Source of the DNA: Parasitella parasitica NRRL 2501
Taxonomy: Eukaryota > Fungi > Mucoromycota
Length of the DNA: 64,000 nucleotides
Direction of reading: 5' to 3'
NCBI GenBank assembly: GCA_025201805.1
Contig: MU619278.1
Span: forward strand, 161,752 to 225,751
The notes beneath the pieces are model-generated. The model was given only the letters and a program-made list of their open reading frames with translations. It did no database searches and was not told the origin of the DNA. Shown in pieces: positions 52,875-64,000 of the stretch. Every line of letters begins with the position of its first letter. Within the stretch, counting starts at the first letter, position 1. A program made the translations under genes and the position numbers.

Positions 52875-55800
52875 ATGAAGAGCTACAACAGAAAGCATTC
52901 GTTAGAAAGGCTTGAATACTACTACCAGGTCATTAATACAACTGTCCTTTCGAAACAGAATGCTGCCAGTGGTTTGATTCCAGCCTCCGTTGCGATTACC
53001 GTAAGTTACCAGCAAAGATAACGCATTCCATAGCGTATTCAATCGTTTTCTTTACATGATAGACTCATGGTGATTACACTGACGCTTGGGTTAGGTAAGA
53101 AAAGAGAAGGTAGGTTATTTTGACATACTGACGTGAATTCAATTTCTCAGAGATAATGTTTACTCCATCTACTGCGTGTTTGGCCTTGCTTTGGCTTATA
53201 GGAGAGTAGATGACACGACCGGAAGAGCATGTAAGTTGTTTGTTTTTAGCGCGGAAATCCCCAATCGTCTATCGATTTGGTTATTCATGCATGTTTCCCT
53301 GTTTTACCTGCTAGTTGAGCTTGAACATGCGGTTATCAAATTAATGCGCGGTCTCTTATTCTCCATGATGCGCCAAGCTCCAAAGGTCGAGAAGTTCAAA
53401 AAGACTCAAAACGTTCTGGATTCTCTTCATGCTAAATACAAGACAGAGACGGGTGCAACCGTTGTGGGGGATAATGAATGGGGTCACTTGCAGATCGATG
53501 CTACTAGTTTCTTCCTAGTGGCATTGGCAGATATGACCACCAGTGGTCTAAGTATTATTTACACGCAGGACGAGGTTGATTTCATCCAAAATCTAGTGTT
53601 TTATATCGAACGCGCTTATCGTACTCCTGATTTTGGCATCTGGGAGCGTGGAGACAAGAGTAACCATGGCGAGCCTGAATTGAATTCTTCGTCTATCGGT
53701 ATGGCCTACTCTGCTTTACGGGCTATCAACGGGGTTAATCTATTTGGCGCTCGTGGTAGTCCATCGTCTGTAAGTTTTTTTCTTTTTTCTTTTTGTTGTT
53801 GCTTTGTAAGAATATGCATTTATATGTCTATTGTTCTTGACAGACTATTTATGTCCTGCCCGATGAAATGACTCGTAACAAGATTACTCTTCAAAGCGTT
53901 TTGCCCAGAGAATCGAACTCTAAAGAAGTGGATGGCTCTGTTTTGTCTGTCATTGGGTTTCCCGCTTTCGCAGTCGAAGATCCTGCATTGATCGAGTTTA
54001 CCAGATCTGACGCCAAGAAGAAATTGGAAGGTCGTTATGGATGGAAACGTTTCTTGCGTGATGGCCATCAAACCGCCGTTGAAGATCACACTCGTCTTCA
54101 TTACAACGAAAGTGAATTGAAGGTTTTCGAGAATATTGAGTCAGAATGGCCCTTGTTCTTCACTTACATGGTCCTGGAAGGCTTGTTTACAGGTAATACG
54201 GAGCAGGTTGAAGAGTATCGCAAAAAGCTCGAATTTGTCACCATCGACTCTGCTCTATGGGATCCTGAAAATCCTAGACCTCCCGAAGATTACAAATCGG
54301 ACGATGTCAAGCGCCCTGCTGCACTTTGCAGAACCGCCAGCCTTGATCTCTCTACTGCGCCTGCTGATCTGCATATTCCTCTTGTACCTGAATTGTACTA
54401 CGTTCCAAAGGAGTCTATTGAAGCAGAAAGAGCCGACCCCCACTCTCAAAAGCGTATTCCAAACGACAACACACCTCTTGTGTGGGCACTGTCTCTGTAT
54501 CTGCTGGGCAATCTGATTTACGAAAACCTTCTGTCTCCGTCCGAGGTTGATCCTCTCGGCCGTCGTTTTAACGTCAAAGGTGCAAAGGCTGACAATGTTG
54601 TGCAAGTCGTTCTGTTATCTGAAAACGAAGAGCTGCAAAAGACTTTGTCTACTTACGGCCTTGAAACTCAATCCATTGATCAAATATCCTCCAGCTTCAC
54701 TGTTCTCCCCCCTCAAGCTCTTGTCGATGTGTACAGCGCTCTCGGTCAAAACTCCAAGCTTGAATTGTCCGGTAGACCCAATCGTCCCCTTGGCACGCTG
54801 ACTACCTCTCGTCTGTACCGCATCGAAGGCCATATCTACGCTTTCACTCCCCAATTCATGGACGTCCACACCTTCTATCTTAATTCTGACCCTGACTATC
54901 TGGTTTCTACGATTGAAAACGAGTTGAGCGTCACCAATGCCAACTGGTTCTTTGCTGGTCGCCCCACTATCACCATTGTCTTGACAAACGCCATGTTGGG
55001 TGATATCAATAGGAAAGAAGTTGCCCCCAAGAGCTGCTCTGCCGAGTTGACAAACGCTTTGTTAGCTGCTGATGCTTCCAAGAAGAACCTACTCAATTTC
55101 TTCATGAACTTGCGTTCGGGAGAATGCAATGGAGTGCGAGTGCGTCTCTCTCGTCTCACAGAGACCGTCAACACAAGTAATATCGAATCCCTCGATTTCT
55201 TGATCAACAAGCAAGATGTTGACTGGAGCAACATCTTGTCTGCCAACAAGTTTTATCATCGCAATAACCGCTCTCAGCGTCGCTTGGGCTTTGAAGAAGC
55301 CTCCAATATTAGCTCGCCGGGTGGAGCACTCACTCCTGGCGGAGCAAGGACACCTAGACGTCGCAGTATCTTTGGTGGCAAGCTTCTGGGCACTCCTCTT
55401 AACAAGATGGACGGCGATAGTTACTTTCAAGATATTGCTTCTGCCTTGGAGAGAATTAATGGCGACGGATTACCTGCATTCAAGCTCAAAGACCATGAAA
55501 TTGTTCCTGCTTCAGACTCTCCCACCCCTCGTAGTAGTGGGTCGCCTGATCCTAGCCAAATGAAGTCGAATGGGGAAACATCTGACGTCTTTAGCAAGAA
55601 TAGAAAGTCGGCCAACCTGACTGTAGGCACTGATGAATCTGCTGGCAACGATGTTCTTTTATCGCTAACATTGGGTGACCTATCTCAATTCGATGATGCT
55701 GTCAAGAGCCTGCAAGCTTCTGTCAACCTTTACGATCAGATCGACTTACTGCAATACTTGGCTTCTTGCAAGAATTTGGATGAATTCATTGTTGACCTGG

Positions 55801-57494
55801 ACTCTACAATTCGCAATCTTTTGGAAGAAGTGTATGTCAAGTCCAAGCGTCTCCAATACTGGTCTGTGGTTAGACAGGCTAGCGGTTTGTTGTCTAAGGT
55901 TATGCCCACTTTGACATACAACTTGACTGATTTGGTTATCCACAAAAAGCAGGTGAGTATCGGTTCCGGTTCATCAGAACATTTGATCTCGACACCTTTG
56001 AGCCCGGACACACTGAACAAGATGATTTCTGAGCAATGTGGAGACGACGTGCGTGAAGGGCCTGTGGTTCAAGAAATCATCATATCTCTTGGAAACTTTA
56101 TTCGATCCAACCCTCGTATGTTTGAAGGTATTTTACGCCTGCGTACACATTTCATCATTATTGCATTGCGTGAGGAGATCAGCCGTTTGAACGCATTCAA
56201 CGAAGAAGAAGCCATCGAGCATTTGATGCAACTGTCGCCTTTTGAGCTGCAGTCTCTTTTGGGCACCGTCATGTCTGGCCCTGGAATGTGCGAAGAGGCC
56301 ACCATCATTGTTCGCGATAAGCCTGGAGGATTCCTGGTCCTTTCTCAAGACTTTGATCCTAACCGCCAATTAAGCGCTGAAGTTCCTTCTTTGAAATTGC
56401 CGCCTCTCAAAAAGAAGGGAAATAGCGAAATTACGGATATCGCTGATCAAGACAAGGATGTCATTGTCATTCGCGCTCAATCGGGCGGCTACAATGCTGG
56501 CAACTTTGCACGCGCAGAAATCAACGGCAACGTTTTGGCTGCGAACACGCGTGGGCTTCATGTGTGGGCTATCGATCGTCTTGAAAAATTGGTTTTGGAG
56601 CACGCCTCTTTCGATACTCACATCTCCACTGACGAAAGCGATGATCTTGTACAGTTCATCCGCAATCTAACGACTGGCTTGATCGTTGTCATGGCTTCCA
56701 AGGACGATTTCACAGAACATCTCACAAGGGATGCAATCGACGCATTAAAAAGTCTGGGCGCTCAGAAGATTGACAATGTCAAGTACCGTGATTCCTACGT
56801 ACTGATTGCTGAAAAGAACGGCAACCGTACAATCGAAGCCCACAAGGCGGCCAAGGATGGACCTACGGACATGATCCAAGAAGAGTTTGCTATGCTCAAA
56901 AAGCACGATATTTCGCCCTCTGACATTAATGGTTCCAACATTAGCCATTTCTGTCCTTCATCTGATGGCCGTTGGTTGCGTCGTAGAAAGAATGACGGCG
57001 CTCTCAATCGTGCACCCAAGCATTTCTTCTCGCGCACATGGAAGGTCCTCGATAAATGCGCTGGTCTAGTCATCGGCTCAAACTGCTTGCCTAGAGACCC
57101 CACAGTATTCGAAAAGACTCCAGAAGAATTCAACTTTGCTATTGCTGTGGAGGGCTTCTTGGGCACTTTGAGAGATCCAGCTGAACGCCAGGTTGCCGTG
57201 GAGATATTGACACAGATCTATGAAATTCAGAAATCTAAGCCCGAGTTCCAATTTATCGACCAAAACATTGACATTCCTGCCATCATGGACTCAGCCATTG
57301 CAAATTTCTGGGATACTTGGGTTGAAAAAAACAAGGAGACGTTTGAAAAGAGTTCAATGTTTGAAAATGGATTTGACTACAATACACACAAGGATATGGC
57401 TCATGAGCTTTTCTATGATCTTCCGCTTGATCGAACAGAAGAAAGTACTGCAACCTATCTTAGAAAGAGCATTTCTAATGCTCTGCACATCTAA
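52875..57494 (+). CDS. Phosphorylase kinase regulatory subunit alpha/beta-like (GH15-like fold) with ILEI insertion
   Basis: [89 protein letters not shown]. Confidence 0.92.
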
Positions 57495-57567
57495 TGCTCG
57501 CTTTGATTCACTATATATAAATGAATATACAAAAACTTGAACTTTCTAATTTTATTATATCTTGACA

Positions 57568-58464
57568 TTAAATCATTCTTTGACGACCTTGCTCGTGAAC
57601 AATACGTAAAATGCTTGCCATGGCATCTCTATCGCCCGTCCCGTTTCGTTGATCCAGCCAAAAGCGGTGCTGATTTATCATGGGTTTGATCTTTTTACTC
57701 TGTTCTAAAGCATACTGTTTTTCCAGCACTTGTTTATTCACAGTCCATGTCATGAAAGATGAATTTGCCACAGGCCTCAGATCTTTCAAGCGTAAAGTTG
57801 TAGTTCTGCGACGTGCAAACAGATCGAGCGTGTCGATAGAAATGATAGAGTTTGGCGATATGACTGGCGACTTTTTACTGCTGTCATCTTGAATATGCAA
57901 ACGAATCGAATTAACGTATGGCGAGAGCAAAAAAGAGAGTGCCCCTGTAGAACATGTACTTGCCATAACAGCTGCAAATAACATTTGAGAAAACACATAT
58001 TTTGTTAGCGATTCTTTTAATTAATTTGTGTTTTATTAATAATAATCTATTAATGTATAATGATGTTATTCACTTACCACCGATAAACATTATGCTGTTC
58101 ATTTCTGCTGCCTGAACTAGGTGTGGCGAGAAAGAACCATTGTCAATTTTTTTTTTTTTTTTTCCAAACTGCTATAGTTTTATGCTAAAGTCTCACCTCC
58201 TGGCGTTTGCCAAAAATACATGATGGTGGGAGTGGCAATGGCTGATATCTAGACATAATGCTTGAATTAAGGGATGAAGATAGCATTTGATTGACTTACA
58301 CCTAAGGTTGACAGTGAAAATGTTTTGACAAGCTTCACTAAACTAACATTTGGAGATGTATAAATCAACTTTTTTTCAACATTGTTTGCTGTTTTTGTTG
58401 AAAAAGCTCTGATGGAATGAACAGCCGGTGTTATTTGCTTTATGATTATAAATCTAGTTAGCAT
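57568..58464 (-). CDS. TMEM70-family mitochondrial membrane protein, multi-exon
   Basis: Presequence-like N-terminus (..IRAFST); LIYTSP..VKLVKTFSLSTLG; TM followed by LLSPYVNSIRL; TLDLFARR. Confidence 0.65.
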
Positions 58465-58614
58465 TTTCGAGAAAAAGGATAATGGCAAATATTCGATGTT
58501 GCCATGTAAATTTATAGTCACTACTCATATTTCAGGGCCAAAACTTGATAATAAAGCCCGCGCAAAAGCACTATACAAATTGCTTATCAACTCTATTACT
58601 TTAAAACCAACAAA

Positions 58615-60897
58615 ATGAGCTCTATATCTTCAGAACTCTTCTTTAACGAGGCGGAATTCCGGGTCATCATCCCAAATCATCCTAAAGAAGAGAGCGAAAA
58701 ACAAGACCCTATTGCCATTTTGGAAGCTCATCCGCGTGAATTTGCATTTTACGGTTCGTTGCAAACATGTGCAAATAGGTATATGGATATGTGATTGACT
58801 GGATATTGCCTTTTAGATGAACATTTACAAGTTTACCTATTAGTTCGTGTGTCGCAGCAGATAGCAGGTGCAGGTGTGGAGGTGAGGGAAGCCATTTACT
58901 CTTTCTTCAATCAGCTGGAAGTTGCTGTTGACGCCACCTTCCTCGATACTCCTGTGTCAAACACTCCCATCATGAACAGATCTTCCTCTGCAACAACACA
59001 ATCTTCGCTTATAGGATCCACTTCACCGAAAATTGGAAGCCTGGGCCATCAAAGAAGAACCATGAACGAGATTTCCACACCGTTTTTCACGCAAGCCTAC
59101 AATAGAAACAATAAAAATGCAGAATCCACTATTTTCGAGCATGAAGACAGCTTTTGTTGTCTTTATCCTATGGTTGTACCTATCGTATACGCAAAAACGA
59201 AATCACCGAACCCTATTTTATCCATAAATTCAAGTGTGCAATATCGACCTTTACCCATCAAGAGAGCCAATGAGCAACCAGACGAAAGTAACACTGATGA
59301 TTCAGAATACGATACAGAGCTGTTTGAAACCATTAACCTACTAAGTGGATTAGCTGACGGTAATAGATTAAACTAAACGAGCTGGTGCCTATGTTTAACA
59401 TTATTGTAGACCCTGTATTCTCGGCAAATCGAGAACGCCCACTTCAGAGATTCGTCATGGAAAGTCAAGCCAGACAACCTACTGGCTCCACATCCTCCAT
59501 AACTAGTAACGGCAATAATCTCAATACAGCTACATCGCAGCTCTCTATGAAACGAAATGTGCGCGAAAATCTATCCCTTCGTTCTGGACTTGTGGTGAAA
59601 ATGCGCACAACCAACGCTTCAGTAGCTGAGAAAATGATCATGATGTCAGTTGAATTGGAGAACCCTGCTGAGGCAGGGTGTGAGTTCTCTGTGGACCGAG
59701 TCGAAGTGCAAGTATCTAACGCAGTGGTATCGGCGGCATTCAATCAAGTTAGCCGAATTCAATTCCCAATCGCATTGAATAAGTCTGACTTGGTGGTATT
59801 TGTATACGATGTTACATTGTTAGACGATGGCTCAGTGAGACCGCCTAGTCAGCCCCAGCGCATGTTTCCAACTCGACGACCTTTACAACAACAAGTACCT
59901 TCATACAACAATGAGGAAAAGATACAGCCTCAGAGAGTCTCTATTCAGATTGTCGGATCTCCTATCATTGATGGGAAAAAGGCATTGCCAATGAGGTCTA
60001 AATGGAACACCATGTTGGATGTTTCGAGCATGAGACATCAAAAGAGAGAAGAGATACCAGCTCCATTTGCAGCTGAAAAGTTTGCTTCTCCGTCCCCCAT
60101 CATGTCGCCTTCTATGGCAAAATCTCAATCAATGCAAGGCAGCATGTATTCACCAGGTGCTCGATCTGTGGTAGGTAGTCCCGGTGGCCCTGGCCATCAA
60201 ATGAGCCCCTCTTTAGAAGGCGTATTTGGCATGAAGAGACAGATGAGTGCTGCTAGCACGCCATCAACGCCAGCCCGAGAATTCGGCGGTAGACGTGCGC
60301 CTGAAAGAGAAATTGCAGATGGCATTGTTGTATCATTTACCGTTCCGGATGCTATCCAGGTTGGGAAGACGTTCCCCCTTCACATCTTTATCGTTAATCG
60401 ATCAAAACATACCAGGCGCTTTCAAGTAATGATACCCAATCGAAAGAGACATCCCACCGAGGTATATGGCCACACAATGAAGACAGTATTGCCGCCATTG
60501 CCTGTTGAACAAATGCCCATTGACCCCTATATGGATGAATCAGGTATAACCCTTGCAATTGCATTCAGTATTACGCTTTTTGCTCACTACAATTTTTCCT
60601 TCTCTAAGAATTTTTGAAGCAATATTTCGAGAATGAAACGCATGAAGCAGATATTATTTGCTTAGAGAATAACGTTAGATTGAGGTAAGTCCTTTTCTGA
60701 CATGTTGCGTTGTATCCATTGTAATAACGTAGTGTAGTCCTCTTGGCCCTTCTACATCGCAAAGTGTAGATATCCAGTTTATTGCAGTCAAGGAGAAGCT
60801 GCATACTATTGATTTGATCCAGCTTGTAGATCAAGACACCGGGTTTGTTACTAATTTGCGTCACGTCCTGGAAGTTTACGTTGAGCAACAGGAATAA
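58615..60897 (+). CDS. TRAPP II subunit Trs65-like protein, multi-exon
   Basis: REFAFYDEHL; C-terminal VGKTFPLHIFIVNRS and ADIICLENNVRLSPLGPSTSQSVDIQFIAV. Confidence 0.75.
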
Positions 60898-61110
60898 AAT
60901 TTGCTTCTGGAACATCCATTCTCTAAAAAAAAGGGGGGAGGGGGGGAGCTGTTTTATGCATAATGCATTATACAGGTCCTTTCTTTGTCTTGTACCGATT
61001 GTTGGCCATATATTTATGTAATGTATATTAATTCACCTCCTAAGCTTGTATAAATGGAGTGCTCTTGAGACATATAGTGTCACTCGTCTTTTTCAGTTTT
61101 TCTTTCAACT

Positions 61111-62132
61111 ATGTACATACCTGAATGGAGCATAGCAAACTCGGTAGCGGCTGCTGTAAGCACTATCGCTATTGGCGTATTGGTTGCTCGGGAGCTTTTT
61201 CCAGACACTAGGCTAAAATACTCCAAATTCAACAACAATACATCGTCTAGTGCATCGCGCGAAACATATGTAAGTCTAAACAAGTATGATACTACCCTTT
61301 GTTGTATGTAAATACTCAAATTTAAATAAGATATCGTCATACAACGGCATGCTTCTAATCTATACACCTTCATTGGCACTATCAGCTCTATTTCTGATGG
61401 TGTCATACAAAAACTATCGCATGCAATTTGTTTCAGCGGCAGTTTTTGTGCATTATTTGAAACGAGTCTTGGTAAGTTGGTTTTTTTTTTGTCAGATGGT
61501 ATGAAAATAGCAGCCAAATTAAACTGCAATTGCGTTTAGGAAGTTCTGTTTGTTCATCGATATTCTGGTCAATGCAAATTGAGCGACAATATTTTGATCT
61601 CCCTATCCTATTCCTTATTTTCGCTGCTTGTATACAAACTCGCTTCAAACGTGCCAAATCCTAGTTCCAAGGCTATGCTTCTGGGTGCAATCATATTTCT
61701 AGTAGGCGAATATATTAATTTTTACCACCATCTCATTTTGAGAGATCTTCGCAAAGATGGTTCAAAAGAATACAAAGTATATATGCACATTTGTATCCCT
61801 CATGTAGAATATTGAATCTAACCTTAGTTATATATACATTTGTATATAGATACCAACAGGGGCTTTGTTTGATTATGTTTGGTGTCCACATTATGTAAGG
61901 CATATAAGCTTATGCTACTTGAATGCATTTAATAACCGATAATTTCATATAGACTGGCGAAATTATTACATTTATTGCCATCGTGCTTTTGACACAGCAC
62001 TTTCTGCTTCTGATATTGCAAGTTGGCTCTGGAGCTTACTTAGTAATGAGGGCGTACAATACAAGAAAGTGGTATGAGGATAGGTTTGATACTATTCCTC
62101 AACGTGCATGTTTAATTCCTTGTATATTTTAA
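61111..62132 (+). CDS. Steroid 5-alpha-reductase / enoyl reductase-like membrane protein, multi-exon
   Basis: LKYSKF, GMLLIYTP, HYLKRVLEVLFVHRYS, NFYHHLILRDLR, IPTGALFDYVWCPHY, WYEDRF..RACLIP. Confidence 0.9.
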
Positions 62133-62359
62133 TACACACTTTCTACATATCATTTCATAGGTGCACCATTATAAACTTCAATCCCACTTTAATATAAGAC
62201 AATTACAAATTCTCTTCTCGAATAGTAGCTAGAATCTTGGTTTGCGTCGCTCATAATTAAAACACCCCTGGAAGAGCTTGATAATTTTAAACTAATTTGC
62301 AATGGGGTATATATATCCTCTTTAAATAAATTACCACATGTGCTCAGAATCAGAATATC

Positions 62360-63215
62360 CAAGATGATTTATCAGAATGAGAAATTATTCAAATAAAACG
62401 GTTGTGAATTAATCAAGTAAAGATCTCGTTCATTACATGGGAAAAGTGATGGTTTATATACTAGTGAACCTAAGTGGACTGATAGGAGGATAAGATACAA
62501 GTGTGAGACATGGTGTGATTTAGAGAATGGAACGATGGATTGTATCTATTGTCCATGAACATGTCATGTTGAGTTCTATATAAGGAACATGATCCATTGG
62601 GATATGTTCCTGAATTGTGTTCAGGATTGAGTTTACTTGAGTTTGACTTCCGGTTGGGAAATTGACACATCACAAGACATGTTATTTCAATCAAGAGTAG
62701 TAGCCTTTTTCACATAAAAATTACTTAACTTTAATGTGCTTATTTACACAATGTCATTAAGATATATCTGCCAAAAATCACGTTAATTGCGCTACACATG
62801 GTATAATCTCCATATATAAACTACTACTAGGGCCGTATACAATGATAATATACAAATTTAATGTTTTATGCGATCACCTATATCTTGACTTGGTACAAAT
62901 AGCAAACTACGATGATATAAATGCTGTTAAGAAAAAGGGATTGAGAGCTGACAAAATAAGATTGGGAGTAGGTGATTTATCAGAAAAGTTCAAATAGAAA
63001 TTAATCAGGTAAAGATCCGTTTATTACATTCAAAAATAGAGGGTTTATATACTTTCTATGAACTGAGGGAAGCGATGTGAGGATAAAGGTTTTAGTGATG
63101 AGATCCGGGAGATAGGGTAGATTGTATCTATCCCAAATGTCATGTCATATTATTTTATGATCTGATGTTTTACTCTTCAGTATGAGTTTATATTATATTG
63201 ACATCCGGTGTTGGG
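62360..63215 (+). repeat. Degenerate direct duplication (about 62360-62660 and 62970-63215)
   Basis: Both units carry TGATTTATCAGAA, ATTAATCA.GTAAAGATC, GGTTTATATACT, GAGGATAA, GATTGTATCTAT, CATGTCAT, TGAGTTTA and TCCGGT in order. Confidence 0.75.
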
Positions 63216-64000
63216 TTAAAAAGATAATAAAAACCAAATGTTAACGAGATACGAAAACTTGAAGATACTTCATTTAAGATCGAAATTGCATCTGCTATTT
63301 ATACTGTTTACAACTACATAAATTTATGGTGACTTATTTAGATTACTAATTGACAAGACTAATTCACAGTGACAATCTACTTGACAGGGTGTTGTGCCAG
63401 GTCTTGAAATTGAGCACAGCAGGTGATTGTATATGATATAAAAATATAAGAATGTAATAAAGACTTCGTTTACCAGATACAAAACTATTGATTTATTGAT
63501 TGACAAGAAGCTGTCTATTTATATTGGAATAAATCTATCTAAATCAATCTATAAAATACAATCAGGTCATGTTTGACATTTAATTGTCAAACAAGATTAT
63601 AACACAGTAGTAGTCAGAGCAAGACCTATTTCTATATTTAATCAGCTAATCGTTATGAATGTGAATCATTCATCGATAAGTTGAGCTTCGCAATTTAGAA
63701 TAAGTAGAACCCAAATAGATGGTTTCTTATACAAGACATTCTATTGAATACTTCTTCTATTTACTAGATAGAATAATCGATGCCATTTAACCTTAGATCC
63801 GATTAGGAACGGTTGCCATGACAACTAAGTTGAAATAGTGGTAACCATGGTATTCTATGGATACAACACAGGGTACGATATGAGGTTATACAGCAAGGGC
63901 TACATGTCTTTGATCTGACAGAGCCTTAACCTTTACCCTGGTGCTCAGATCTGTGTTACTTACAGGAATAACCTTCTTGATTTGAAACAGAGACTTTATT

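Overview
AT-rich, intron-containing eukaryotic DNA that reads as an early-diverging fungus, most likely Mucorales (inferred from gene content and short 50-70 nt GT-AG introns). It holds about 22 protein-coding genes: chitin synthase, PEPCK, MTC6-like, QPRTase/BNA6, XLF, WDR62/MAPKBP1-like, PAP2, Rom/Rgf-type RhoGEF, ALYREF-like, LST8, MEMO1, V-ATPase c'', importin alpha, SreA-type GATA factor, NSUN3/4-like, phosphorylase kinase regulatory subunit, TMEM70-like, Trs65, steroid 5-alpha-reductase-like and others. An accessory block (about 23.1-32.3 kb) contains Tc1/IS630 transposon remnants, two decayed copies of a PD-(D/E)XK-like nuclease gene, a secreted 8-Cys peptide gene and an RPL19 pseudogene. 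The most notable observations are: (1) a CEP120-like tandem C2 protein in a presumably centriole-less fungus; (2) repeated adjacency of Tc1 remnants to an 'SD..E[IV]Q' nuclease gene; (3) a phosphorylase kinase subunit with an inserted ILEI domain; (4) very short tandem gene spacers and two convergent genes whose stop codons overlap in one TTAA. Family assignments come from motif recognition and recalled sequences; no searches were run. No tRNA, rRNA or CRISPR array was seen. There are two 10-N gaps next to poly-A tracts.
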